Positions 24,900-38,227 of a DNA stretch of 64,000 nucleotides are shown in pieces (the stretch's first letter is position 1; each line of letters starts with the position of its first letter). Below the pieces are notes generated by a model. It ran no database searches. It was not told the origin of the DNA and worked only from the letters and a program-made list of their open reading frames with translations. Source of the stretch: Acanthaster planci (taxonomy: Eukaryota); assembly GCF_001949145.1 (NCBI RefSeq), contig NW_019091360.1, positions 616,137-680,136 of the forward strand, written 5' to 3'. The translations under genes were made by a program, and so were the position numbers.

Positions 24900-27800
24900 G
24901 TCACTAGCCCCTGGTCGTGTAGAATTCGAAAATGACGCTGACTGGTTATTCAGAATACTTAACGTCAAGTCAATCGCACGCGTATTTCAAAAGCTACATG
25001 CTCATGGCCTTATATTCTCCTGCACGTCATGCACGCGTAAATCTGCGTCGCGGGTAAACCAGCTAAACGCACAGATAAACGCATAGACCGCCGGTCTTAC
25101 GCGTAAAACCGTAAAGTATGGGCAAACAATGAGCGAAGCGACGGATGGCAGCGTGTCCAGTGTGCATTACGCTCAACGCATTTACATTGCTAGTATTTGA
25201 TTACATGAGTTTCCAAAATACGTTCACCTTTTTTGCTCTTCGGTACTGCCATCTATTCTTTTCAAATGTTGCAACCGCATTGTTTCGAATCCCTATGGGC
25301 CAGATTAAGTAAAGAAAGGGTGTTTTTTACAATCAAAGTATGGCTTCATAGAATTTTATGGCTGGAATTCTTGAACTGTGCGTAAATTCCCTATACCGAG
25401 GGGTAAATTTGCCCACAGTTTTGATTTTAGTCGGGCGCCGTGCAGATCACGAAATACTCCTGTAGTTTCATAAAGGATCTGGTGGTCTATGTGTTTATAT
25501 GTCTGTGGCGAGTTTGTACCAAATGACTTACAATTTCATTTAAAAACACGCCCTCCTTGGTTCCTTCTCAGAGCAGATAGGCCAATGGACTTTACCCACA
25601 AAAAACAGAACCTGTAATTTGTTGTCGTCTCTGATCGTAGGTCAGGTACCCCCCCCTGCATTATACAAAACAGTAGCGATCAACGCCAGACATTGATTTT
25701 TTAACATTTTTTTATTTAATTCAAAGGATTAAAACAGGTGTTTGGACTGTATTTCGTCAAACAAATGTACACACACAGCATCTATAAATTGCTAGGGGGC
25801 TGTAACGATTGCCGTTCCACTTCAGCTACTGACAACTGCTTCTATGAGACTATAGCTAGGACTAAATAATGAAGTCCGTAAATTGGGCCAAAATATAGGT
25901 TTCCCCGGCCAATTCTGGAAAATGCGATATGCACAATCTAATTTGTAAAATGAAATTTCAATTTAGCGTAGATTTTGAAAACGACTAAAAACCTGGTTTG
26001 ATTTTCGCAATAACAAGCATTCTTCTTCCTTTGCATCCTTCAAATAAATAAATGTGCATAACGTTTCATTAAAGAGGTTACAAATACGTGACTGGGATTT
26101 CGGATTGAATTATTCCTTGCTAATTACAACAAAATGTGAATTCTTATTCGCTGAAGATCTGTCTTTTACCCCGTTTCTTTGGAATTGAGTATTTATTTCC
26201 GTTTGCTATAATTTAAAATCGTAAAGCATACGTTCCATTTGATTAGAATATTAGAATAGGATTAGAATAGAATAGATAGGATAGAATTAGAATACAAGGT
26301 TACACAAATCATGACCCCACTTTTATTTATAGTGTGTTTGTTATCAAACTATAAAAATAATTAAGGTTTCTATGATTGAAACGCAGTACAAAAAGGAATG
26401 TTCCCTTAGCGCCGGTCGGTAGTTTCCATTGACAGCATGAATGGTTTATTTCAATCATGAACATTCAAACATTTAACCAATCAACTAAACACCTCTAAGA
26501 ATGTAACCTCTGTTATATACAAACAAATTCTAGTTCTTGATCAGGTACACCTTAAATAACACACAGGCGAAATGGCTTGCATATTTTCCGAATTAGCTTG
26601 AGTTCAAATTAAGATAAATGCGGGATTGCAGAGGTGCATTCAATTTCGTGCAAAAATGAATGTCAACATTCTAAACCTGTGCAATATCAGGAAATTGAAG
26701 CTGACTCTATATGACTGAATGAACCCTGATTGAGACTGGTATTTGTTAAATAGAAACGGGTATTTGAATGTTGGTTCTATTTTGCTCCAAAACGAATGCT
26801 GCTATTACTGATTCATTTACAAATTTTCCGAAATTACCTAAAACCTATATTACCTGAAATTATAAGTTTCCTTGAAGGATCCATGCAATGGATTATACTG
26901 ACACTCACATCTTTATATTGTTCTTCAATGTATAAAAAATGGTTGAAATCCTTTTGGAGTTAAATGTTCTGAAGTGTGCAGTTTTAACATTAAAAACTGT
27001 TCAAGCTTTTCCGGACAAGTACTAGTGCTGTTGTGTTGTAAATTAGGGAAAGTGTTCAGTTTTCACGTTACATGTTTCCACGTTTATATTCGGAACCTCA
27101 AAGTTGCTTTCTGAAACCACTTCTGAGAAAAGGATTCTCATGATTATGCATTAGCATAAAAGCCAAAAAGGCTCCAAGGTACAGATTTAATAGCACTGTT
27201 TAGAGGCGCGCTCTTGTGAATCGCCCGTATTTATTCTTAAATGGCCAATAAAAGCATTACATGTAGTTTTCAATATTTTCCAGAAAATGCCCGAACGTAC
27301 CCCTCACGGACAATATATAACAACACGCTCTTTTGCTGAAAGCTGATCCGGTCCTGATTCAAAGTCACGGAAAGACTTTGTCCATGCATGATCGAATTTT
27401 TCCGTTTCACCGTGACTGTGAGGACAAATTGTCGCGTAAGACATCACATGCCACATCGTCAGCAATTTCATAACTTTGACTCTCAAAAATACGACTAATA
27501 CATACGATGAACAAAATTAATCTTCAAAAAATCTCTAGATTTATGTTTTCTATATACATGTACATGTGTAAGTCCTTTGGAATTGATAACATGGAAAATA
27601 AACTTGAATGACAAGAAAAGATGCACTTCCCTGTCTCAGATGTCAGCTCATCGTATTGGACCATTAAGGATCTGTTCGAAACAAGCAAAAGTTTTCTTAT
27701 GAGCATACGATTTAACTGGAGACAACAAGACAAATGCAAAATAATAAGGGAGTGAAATTGTGCTTGACCGGTTTTAAAAGTTCGTTAAAAACTGGCTCAG

Positions 27801-28324
27801 GAGAATAGTCACAAATTAAATGACCAGAGCCGAATGGACGTTGAAGGGTGGATATAGCCCAATCCCTTATGAGTCAGTCTTTAATGTCCAGGCACATATT
27901 TATTCTTTTTTTTATAAAAAACTTCGTAATTTCATCCGTATACAGAGCTGGGTATTATCATAAACTATTTCATCTTATAAACAAATAAATATTTATTTTG
28001 TAAGGTTCAATGATATTAATATAAAGTCCTTTATTGCATTGAGCCGCTTTTAAATGTCCAGGCACATATGGATTCCTTTCTCTTAAAAACCTTTTGAGTC
28101 CAAAAGCCAAAACAAAATTAAAAGTTATAAATTTGAAACGATTTGTTCATTATTTATGTTTTTTGCCAAACACCCCCTTGCCATGTTATCATTTGTGCCT
28201 CTCGTGAGTAGTTGCAAACAGTCTCCTTATTTGAAGATTAGCGCACGCGTAGTGCGTTTTCCATGAGGTATACCACAGACATATAAACGTTTGGGTAGCA
28301 CAGAACTGGACTGGTCCCCGTCCC

Positions 28325-28794
28325 TATGGCTGCACTGCACCAAATACGCGCTCCCACAAACAGTGCAAAATCGGATGAAATAGCGCCGCCTGTTGACTCT
28401 CAGGAAGAGGTTGGCCTCCAGTTTTCCACTGGAAATTCTAGATTATGGCCAGAAGTTCATTTTTCGTTTCAATTTATCGGGGTTAGCCACGCGATTTTTT
28501 TAAATTCACCTTTCCCCAAAGACACCCCCAAAATAGTAATAAAACTATGCGCTCAGCTCTGAATGCAGCCGCCCACCTCTATCTAAAATAGACCCACAGT
28601 TTAGGAGTTTTTGTGAAAGAAATACCCTGAACTGGAGACTACCAGTCCCAAATTCGGGATAGAACTATTTCTATGATCCCTCCTGATTATGGCACGTCTT
28701 ATTGTTAAAAAAAGAAAAACAAAACCTGTGGGATCACAAAATATTAATCAGATGGCGCACAAAAATCCAATGATTTGACGGACAGCACCCCTAT
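28325..28794. mobile_element. Dispersed MITE-like repeat, copy of 23935-24397
   Basis: Colinear similarity to 23935-24397. Confidence 0.75.
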
Positions 28795-30550
28795 CCAGCT
28801 TGAGCAGGGGCACCCCCTCATCGGTTGAAAAGAGCTACTTTGGCCGGGAGTGGTCATTTTGCTGGTAGCCACGCGCCCGTAGCGCGTGTATTTTATAGTC
28901 GTCTGTGAACCAGCGAAGTGCAGTTCTCATCAAAGGAGCTGCCGTTGCCAGGAAAAATAGGACCTCTCTTGATCCAGCTCGGGGCTCATTGACCTTTTCA
29001 CTAATAAATTCATAATTATGCACACATGTACACAAATAACCTTGACGGCAAGAAGTGTGGGCGTACAGGGGTGTGATTATTTTCTCTCAGGTTTTTTGTC
29101 TTTGTTCAGCTCCTTCAGAAAATCCCATTAAATCGTTTTCGCTATTAGTTCCTAACCTAAGCGGAATTTTTAGTGCTCTGTGAAGACTTTACAATTGTGA
29201 ATTTCCTGTGCGTATACGAGATTGCCGTATCTATAGCCAGTCTCCTTCGTGTTGTTTTAAGTGTTAAAGATCAGCTAGTTAGTGCTATATCAGTCTTGAT
29301 TCCAGGACCTTCGTACATTGCTTTTAGTCGAAATGGATTAATTAAGACCACAGGGCGCCGTTTAATCAGGTCCTGTCACAGACATAAAAATACCCATTTT
29401 TGGCCTATGTCTGTGGGTCCTGTGTCCGCTTCTGACCTTCCATTCATGTAAGACTAAGAGCGGTTGTTAGAGATAGCGCTCTCCAACAGTGATGGTTCGT
29501 GATCGTGGAAAAAACTGCGGAGAGGTCTTGCAACCAAGACAAAAGACGATTTTATCAACCGTTCAAGACCAGTCGCTTGACAGGGTCTCAAGCAACATGA
29601 TAGCTAACTTATTTATGAATGATGATTTAGCATGATATCAAGGAGCGTGAAGCCCCATGGTAGATATTTGGTGGTGCCATATTGACAAAGGTTTGAGAGG
29701 AGCCCTCCCATGCAACTCAGATCACTTCATTTTGTGCATTAATCATTTCCTGTTTTGTCAGGCAACTGGCCGCTTGGAACGGTTGCAAGATAATCAAAGG
29801 GCTCCATATTTCACCTGCGACTGAAGTGTAGCCTAAGCAGACCTGTTACCACGCATAAAAGAATCAATATAATGCAATCTTCAGATAGCATCTTTTACTA
29901 GTTATAATATTGTGTCATTGCAACATCGCCTTCTTGTCGCGTATAGCAAAGGCATTTCCTTGGAGGGAGAGCCAGAGTCATTTTGCCAACTTGTAACTTG
30001 TTTCCTAACCTTGTGTCATTTACTTGAATGGAAATTCGTGGTACGCTACATTTCATGCTTCACGAGAAATGTCAACTTCAAAAGCATATCGTGTATGTAC
30101 CAGTTTTGGATTTTGGAAGCTCCATTTGCCGACTGGAATGAATTATTGGGATGCTGCTCCCCCACACCCCTGGTTGGTGCGCCCAGTGGCGTATCCCCCG
30201 ACGATTTTTTCATAATGCTTCATAGGTGAGTATAGAAAGAAAGCAATCGGTACACTTGTTTAAAAAATATTAGCACCAAAACCCTTAGAAAACAACACCA
30301 CAAAAGCAAACATGTCGGGACCGTAAGACTTTTGATATCTTCTCTCCCCCCACATTATTTTGAATGCGCCTAAAGCCGCATTCGCTTTGGAATTTCCCCC
30401 ACCAAAAGCTAGATACGCTGCAAACGAGCTCAAGATATACGTTTCGTTCTCCCTTGTCCCAACTGATTAGGAAGTGACAAAAAGTCGAGGAATCATGTCT
30501 TCGTTAAAATGTATATTTTGCCTCGGTTTAGAATAATTATTATTCCTCAC

Positions 30551-30679
30551 CATTAACGCAGCCGTCCTCGTCAATGCCACTGCTGCAGTCGTATGTTGAG
30601 TCGCACAAAGCTGCCATGGGATGGCACAGACCATCACACGCAAACATGTCGAAGACTTGACAGTCACTGTTGGTTCGAT
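30551..30679 (-). CDS. LDLa-repeat secreted protein, exon 6 (LDLa module 5)
   Basis: DCQVFDMFACDGLCHPMAALCDSTYDCSSGIDEDGCVN|gtgagg. The acceptor is uncertain: the phase-compatible site is tttgag at 30680. Confidence 0.75.
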
Positions 30680-30832
30680 CTCAAACGCAAAATCACCCAA
30701 AAATGAAATTAGCAGCTTTGATACAGAAAGACCCGTATAATCTGGTATTGACATTTCCCCCCGCACGATGCTGTGTTTAGCTGCACGTATGTTGCTTTAC
30801 ACGTGCTGTATATTCGAGGGTGTTCACTGAAA

Positions 30833-31478
30833 TACGGGCGATTCATAATAGAACGCCTCCAAGAGTTTGCAACGCGTTGGCCAATCACAATGCTCAAAAC
30901 CTGTTGACTCAATGGGCGAGTTCGGGCGGCCTGTTCTTGACACGGGTTTCTTGTTCTCGCTCTCGAACGGCGGGAACACGACTCAAGAAGACTGTTCTCG
31001 GAACAGGATCACACACCACCTCGTCGTCAGGCTTTTACAGGAACACACGGAAAAACTCGTGAGATTTTGATTTTTGAACAGCTGCAAAAAGTAGCGAGAT
31101 GGCTTCCAAAGTCACAGACAATGGGAAGTTTTGCAAAATTAACATTAATTATTTTCCGTAACACAGAAATGAATGTTCCTGTTTATAGAGATAAGAATTC
31201 AGCCCATCCAAACATCAACTCTCGAATAACGTAGCCTACATGGACGCCGCCATGTTGCATATTGCTTGTCGCTAACTACCAGCGATAACCGGTTGTTTGT
31301 TCCCGGCGTTCGAGCGGCCGACCAACGAATAACAAATCGAGCTGTTCGTGAACATATATGGGAACAAACCGCCCGAACTCGGCCAATGCGCGTTTGGAAA
31401 GGGTCGGTGGACTTTGCGCGTTGTGATTGGCCAACGCGTCGCAAACTCTTGGAGGCGCACTATTGTGAATCGCCCGTA
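30833..31478. mobile_element. Short TIR element (TACGGGCG..CGCCCGTA) carrying a nested 471-bp MITE at 30914-31384 (TSD AAT)
   Basis: Outer long TIRs tacgggcgattca..gcctccaagagtttgc / gcaaactcttggaggcg..tgaatcgcccgta. The empty version is at 44285-44456. Inner element aat|gggcgagttcgggcgg...ccgcccgaactcggcc|aat. Confidence 0.85.
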
Positions 31479-31486
31479 TTGTCAGA

Positions 31487-31638
31487 GAGCGTTTTCGAAA
31501 CAAGTGGATTCGGCAATGACTTTGGGTGTCGCTGGTACTAGCCATGTTGAAGCACCGTTCGACACCACATGTTCAAGCTCTGACTGAAACCAGCGAAACT
31601 AAAGTCTAAGCCGAAGCCACTCGTTTCGAAAACGCTCA
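31487..31638. mobile_element. Small MITE
   Basis: TIR gagcgttttcgaaac / gtttcgaaaacgctc. Confidence 0.65.
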
Positions 31639-32400
31639 AAGATACTGGAGAGGGGTACAGAATGGACCAAAACACGTACATATCGATAGGTGCCTTCAGG
31701 GTTCAGGTCTGTGTACAACAAAATGTTGCCTATGTACTCGAAAGCAAAACAAAATTAAGGTGTACCTGATGCATAGGCTTAATCGCGTACGCTATCAATC
31801 GCGTATATATGTGCATGGGTGTTGCCAGGACTTTTACGTGGGAGGCAGGATTTTGTCCGGGGGAGAATTCAACAGTAGCAAACTGATTACCACAACCGGT
31901 GCATGAAGGGGGTCAATACAGGCGTTTTTTCGAAAGGGTCGACAGGTTTCGCACATAGTGATTGGTCAACGCGTTGCAAACGCTTGGAGACGTACTATTG
32001 TGAAACGCCCGTACTTCCAGGAATTTTCAAATAAATTGGTGATTTTCATTTTTTTGTAGCCCCTTTTTCGTTTCTCTCGCTTTTTTATGGCCACTTCAGC
32101 TTTCATTTTTCAACATTTCAATCTTCCGCAACACTCATGAGTACGCAATGATTAGCATAAATGCAAACAACAGTTACTGTGCTTGCGAAAACATAAATGA
32201 ACTGTACTTACAATACTGTAAGTATACTTTTATAAATAGAAAAAAACTCTCGGGGGGAGAAACTTAATCTTCCTTGTAAATATTTTTCATTTATTGTGAG
32301 GTGTATGAATAGTTCATAGCGTGCAAGTGGTATGACTTGTGTAAAACTCTCAGTATGAATTTAATGTATCGTCTGAAATATCACATGCCAATTTACTTAC

Positions 32401-32522
32401 CACAGTCCACCTCATCGGACATGTCGTGACAACTATGCACACCATTACAGAATAGTTCTTCTTTCACGCATTGTAAGCCATCTTTGCACTTGCGATAGCC
32501 AGGAGAACAAGGCATCTGACAC
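32401..32522 (-). CDS. LDLa-repeat secreted protein, exon 5 (LDLa module 4)
   Basis: ctccctcag|..CQMPCSPGYRKCKDGLQCVKEELFCNGVHSCHDMSDEVDC|gtaagt; phase 2 in, phase 1 out. Confidence 0.85.
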
Positions 32523-34036
32523 CTGAGGGAGACAGCAATTATTTTTGTAAGGAAAATACAACGCTTGCTTATTTCCCAGCTTAGCTAACTTACTAACTAA
32601 CTAACTAACTCACTCACTTACTCATTTTACTGTAAATTCAAAGGTGGCGCGTTCGTGTGTATAGGTTCCTATAGTCTTGATTTCAAGACGTTGGTGCTTG
32701 ATAACGCACACCGTGCATAGTGCGCCCCCTAACGACTCATAATTAAAGTGTGCACCAGTGAGAGTAAGTAAAAACTAGTTGTGCGAGGGCGCTCTTCAAC
32801 AGAAATAAAGCAACTATCGATCACTGACGTCTTGGGCGAAGACTAAGGTTCCTATCACACGAGTGCAAGTGGGACACAGAATAATGTAGCGCGTCTGTGT
32901 CCCGTTACTTACTCCCTTATCCACCCTGTGTTGAAGTGCACCCTCACTTGCCAAAAAAGAAAGGCTGATGAGCAGTTTTCCAACCGGGTTCCTGTATCAT
33001 GCGTTCGGCGCACACGCAAAGACTTTTAAGCCTGGTTTCCGTATGGTCGTTCGTAACGCCAGACGTGAAGACCAGCCACGAACGAAAGAGACGGTGCGTG
33101 ACGTCATTCCACCCCAAAATTGAAACAAAACGGCATCTGAATCTCCGTGATTTTTCGCGTACCTCATCATGATGCCAAACCTCTACTCCAGTTTCATGCA
33201 TTTCATTGACCGTCAGCTGTTAAGTTAATTACTGGGGAGTAATTTTTAAGAATTACGGAGAAAATGGTCAAAATTCATGGAACTATAAAGTGAGAGGGAA
33301 ATCGTTGCGCGCCGGTCATGCCAGCATTCGTGTTTGCATGGGGATACCACGGCTATTCGACGCAGACAGTCGGCAAAGTTGAACCGCGGATCATCTACCC
33401 AGGGATGTGCAACTGTGAGCGGCCCCAGTGCAAACACATGTGCGACCTTGGTTCCATGCGTGTTACGGATTGTTATTACCCCCGCAGGCGCTTTTCTCGA
33501 GAAAACTCGCGACCACATGATGAGCTAGACGATGCGCGGTGCTTAAATCTATTTAATGAGGCAAAATTCCCCAATTTTGAGGTACACTTTCCTCAGAATG
33601 TACAGGATGAAATATCTTGAGCAGCATATTTTTTAAGAAAGGGTGTACCCTGACTTAAAATATTACAAGAAAACGAAACGTTTGGTTTGCGTTCAGTGAC
33701 TCCGTTGTCGGTGATATTTCCTATTGATATGTCTCAATGTCCGCGTTGCAGTTTGCGTCTTGATTGCGTTCCTCTTTGCGTCTCTTACGTCGATATGGAA
33801 ACCAGGCTTTACATTCCAGTGTAAATTCGTTGCGTGTATTCAGCGCGCCTTGCGCCAAACGCGCATAACTTGGCCCGCCTACGCGGCGGGTTCGTACCAA
33901 AGAACCGTCATTGAAAAACACGCACCCTTTTGCTCCCGCTTGGAGCGGATATCACGACGCCGAAGGCCGTGTGGTATACGGGATAAAGACGCACTACATC
34001 ATTCTGTATGTTATTGCCATAAAACCATATGTAACA

Positions 34037-34960
34037 ACTAGAGCGCTAACTTTTAATTCTCTGCGCGGAAAAAAATTGACGCCGTCCTGGGCGGAGACAT
34101 TTTGAATCCATGTGTGTGCTTGTAGAACATTCGAAATCGGATAAAATGAATATCGAATTATGCATTCTAAATGCCACGCGCAAGTAGGCCTGCAACACAC
34201 ATGAGCGTCAGTGCGTCTTTTGAATTAAGACGCACAGGTGCATAGCAATGGCACATGTTATTTACACCCACAGCTGATTAGTTTGAAACGAATGATTCCC
34301 TAACGTGAGGGCAAGGTCGTCTAATTTCGTATGCATGTCTTTCGGTGGCTGTCTTTCGAAGACTGAAAAGTCGTTTCCTTAACTTAGTCAGTGTTTAGTG
34401 AATTGACGGCTCTGTAGCCTGTTGTACGCATTGGGTACCAATAAAATCCGATTAACACGTCAAGGCAAAATTCATATGCAGCACACGCATTTGTATTTTT
34501 TGGCGCAGAGCAAAATGAAACGCTCATTTGCTGATCGTGCGCAGGTTGTTTGCGTATAGGCTTTGTTGACTATCGTTTTAGAATACAGACGCAGATATGC
34601 AAATAGCCGTACAAAAGCGCTACAAGATTTTGATTTTTCCTCATAGAGCTATATATAAAAAACTAGAGGGCTAACTTCTCATTCTCTGCGTGGAGAAAAT
34701 TTGATGCCGTCCTGGGCGCCGCAGGCATTGTAAATCCATGTGCGTGCTTGCAGAACATTCAAAATCAGAATGGATACCGAATTATGTACTCTAAAAATGC
34801 AACATTCAGGTTTATACGCGAATGTCACCGCGTCTTTTACGAGAGCAATGGCACATGGTCATTTACATCCGTAGCTGATTATTTTCAAAACGAATGTTTC
34901 CTTAACATTCAAACGGGTCGTCCGATTTTGTATCCACGTCTTTCGATGGCTATTTTTCGA
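34037..34960. repeat. Local diverged direct duplication (about 34037-34360 vs 34661-34960)
   Basis: Both start aactagag.gctaactt...ttctctgcg.gga.aaaa.ttga.gccgtcctgggcg and remain colinear for about 300 bp. Confidence 0.7.
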
Positions 34961-35084
34961 TGAATAAGTTAAAAAGCTAAATTAAAAAGTTGTTCGCTTA
35001 ACGCAGTAAGTGTTAAGCGAGTTGACAGCTCTGGAACAGCAGCTATCGCGCGCATCAGGTAACTAAAACCCTCGCGCAGCCCGC

Positions 35085-35826
35085 AAATAGGGATTTCACA
35101 TTGGATCGCCTTATCACATTCTTTAAATTTTGGAAGAATAATTTCCAACTGAAACCATCTCAAGAAACAGTCATCTTTGAATATTATTTGTGTGTTCTGT
35201 TAGTAAAATGTAAAGAAGTCAGTTGGACTTGGTTAAAAAAATCATTCACAACCTTTCACATCGGACATTGTCGTAGACAATAGGTCTTCTGATTTTTGCA
35301 CGTTTGTTTCACATCATGCCCTCACGTGAGAACGAGAGTGTGTCACGTTCCGAAGATTTACCTACAGCCGATGGGGTCTAGATTTAGTCGGGTTGGCCTG
35401 GGAGTAGCTCTTATCAGCAAAACGTTGATGATGCGTTAGATTCTTTTCATGAATTTCGTAAAAAAAAAAACCTGTTAATCAGAGTGCTCGCCTTATGTTT
35501 CAGTTTTGATTTTAAGATAAAGACCAAAACAAAATTATTTGTAACTTTTCATCTATACACTGAGTTGCACTCGTTATGTACTTCAGATTTTCGGAAGCGA
35601 GAGGTTGCGTTTTGGTAGGACCTTTATCTTCCACGTCAGGCAGTTTATCGGTTTTCCTAAATTAATATAAATACTAAATACGTAGGGCCTATAAAACCAT
35701 TTTACGAAGGTGATTCTCTTGAAAAATATATAAACTATAATGGTTGCAATTCTAATTTTTTTGCAAGTTTATTTCCTATTCAAGGCTTCGGGAAGCGCGG
35801 CATCAGGGGTCAAAAGGCTCTATTAC
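35085..35826. repeat. Dispersed repeat, diverged copy at 43808-44695
   Basis: Colinear blocks such as agggatttc...aattttgg.aagaat.atttc.aa.tgaaacca and ggaag.gcg.catcagg...aggctctatt. Confidence 0.65.
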
Positions 35827-36213
35827 AAGTTCAGTTTAAAACACCAACGATGGCCATCAACGAAGACTCAGTATTGTAAGTCAGATTTGTAACATTCCAA
35901 TTCGTCTTATAACTGTAAGTGGTAAATTTGCTTTCGCTGCACAACGTTAATCACCACAGTTGACAAATTTTACAAAATCAAGACGAAATAGAAACAAATC
36001 TGAATTGTACTACTTCTTTGTCTGAAGTTTCAGTAGCCGGTTGATCGGTTAGTCGGACTAAAGTGAGACTTATGCCTGCAAATAATATGCCATCAGAATA
36101 ATTTTACGATGTGACAGATCGAATATACACGGGTTTCGGAAAATGATATGCCGCCACTGCTCTCCCAAGACTCGAATTACGCCTTAAATTCTACATGGCG
36201 GAAGTGGGTATAC

Positions 36214-36316
36214 CTTTGTTTGATCTCATCTGAGCCATCTGCACAATCCTTCACGCTGTCACATAAATCCTCCACTGTCAGATGATGCTTTTTACCGTTG
36301 CAATCCTCGCAGGTCC
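36214..36316 (-). CDS. LDLa-repeat secreted protein, exon 4 (atypical LDLa module 3)
   Basis: ccattccag|WTCEDCNGKKHHLTVEDLCDSVKDCADGSDEIKQ|gtatac; phases match both neighbours. Confidence 0.8.
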
Positions 36317-37146
36317 CTGGAATGGCAAAGTATACTCGTGCGTTAGTTTCGAATAGAGCTGTGTAGTATTCTCAACTGAAGAAGCTGTTAATCGGCCTGA
36401 GTATCCCCACATTTAAAAAATATGCCTTTTCATTGAAAATCATTCCTAGGTAAAGAAAACCATCCCCCAGTGTCGATGAGGATTAATAATGTACATGTGA
36501 ACAAGAGGAACAAAATTAAAATACAAGTAATTGCATTTGAATTCGTGGGCAACGCGGGGTAGGAGGGGAAAGAGAGAAGCGAAAGGAATGAAAAAAAGAT
36601 ATGAAATGGGATGAAAATCATCAGTTTGTCTGAAAATATCTCGAAAGTGACTTGGTTCCATTCATAGTGTATCCTCCTGGTGTCTAAAATCGTGTTTAGT
36701 GGATACACTTGGTGATTGCATCGTGGCGCTGGTCGATGGTGACCTGTTGGCTCGCACTCTGACTTTTCCTTCTTTTTATTCTATTCTGTTCTTTTTATTC
36801 TTAACAGTAACGTGTTGGCAGTAAATCAGTATGGTAGACATTCGAAAATTGTTAAGTAAGTTTATTGTTTTTATGTGTATATCTGTGATTTTAAAAGTAC
36901 ATGTATTTGTTATTTAATTATTTTATGCGAGTCTAACAAGATGAATTCCAACGACTGTGTTTATGATCCTTGTCGGATAAAATCAAACCGTATTTAATAA
37001 ACAAAACTGAACGCCAGAACATCAATAAGTCATCCAAAGACCTGAAGCAGTCTGAGCAAAACTGCCTAAATGCGTACTTCATAAAAAAGAATTTGAATAT
37101 TTTTCTGATGAATTGAGTTTGGAAAACTTGTAGTATTAGTACTCAC

Positions 37147-37269
37147 AACAGTCTTTTTCGTCTTCCCCATTTGAGCAATCGTAAATTCCATCACACCTGT
37201 TCGCTTGGCTGATACACTGGGCACTGGAACCACATTTAAAAAACTCTGCAACGCATTTTCTTGATGACA
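37147..37269 (-). CDS. LDLa-repeat secreted protein, exon 3 (LDLa module 2)
   Basis: ttaacag|VSSRKCVAEFFKCGSSAQCISQANRCDGIYDCSNGEDEKDC|gtgagt. Confidence 0.9.
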
Positions 37270-37523
37270 CTGTTAATGAATAAAATAAAAGGATCAGTCC
37301 CATGACCTGAAGAAAACAACTAAACATCCTTTTTAGACTACCACCTGCTGTAATGCCCTCAGCCCCCCCAACCTTGTTCCGCATCAGATCTGATCACTCT
37401 GAAAGACAAGGTAAAGGTTTGTGTCCAGCACTGGATTGGAGTTCATGTAGTATAGGGACTCGAGAATAATTAAGAAGGCTAGATGGCATGGTGGAAAATG
37501 TAGTAGTTTTCTAATCTACTCAC

Positions 37524-37766
37524 CACATAAGAAAGGGTCTTCGTCTGATCCATCTTCACAGTCTTGGACTAAATCACACACGTTTTCGATACGTAGACAC
37601 TGTGACCCACTTCTACAGGTAAACTGATTGCCAAGGCACCCAATGTCCTGCCTGTTTGGATTCACGGTCCTCACCGATGATATTAGAGGAGGTATGTCAT
37701 ATCCTCGAGAGAGACTGACCTCTACTGAATCCGGATTTGTAGCTGGTGGTAAAATAGTGGGAAATG
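37524..37766 (-). CDS. LDLa-repeat secreted protein, exon 2 (Pro/Ser linker + LDLa module 1)
   Basis: [14 protein letters not shown]...[39 protein letters not shown]|gtgagt. The acceptor is one of two close AGs (gtag/ccag); the second keeps frame. Confidence 0.85.
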
Positions 37767-38227
37767 CTGGCTACAATATTGTCAGTGTTGTCAATGAAAT
37801 CAGTGAAAAGAAAGAGCGTCTTTAACGAGTCAAATCATGTTACTCGTGATTTGTTGTGATTCTTTTAAAGGATCCATCATTTACAAAAAAGGAGGACTGC
37901 AATGAAGGTAAAACCCGACAATACGAGCGGGGCGTATATTTGGACACTTGGTTTCATTTTCTTAATCAAGCAGTTGAGAGGAAACAGGATAAAGACAAGG
38001 CTCCACCCTTCCAATCCCCAAAATTGGCAGGGGCGCCCACTCATGGATCCGCTTGTGTTGCCCATGTAGTTTTATGCGCTGCGTATTGAAAACATAAACC
38101 TTACGGATTGTTCGGTCTCTTATGAGGGATAATGAACATCGTTGATGTTGCTTTAAGGTCAAGACATTTCTAAGAAGGATGACATTGAGATAAGGTCGTT
38201 TGCTGGAATGAATATTTTTGTGCATAC

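Noticed and set aside
37962..38227. C-terminal 88 aa of the 456-aa ORF as real coding sequence
   Set aside because: It follows a good splice donor at 38227 and composition shifts; most likely intron read-through.
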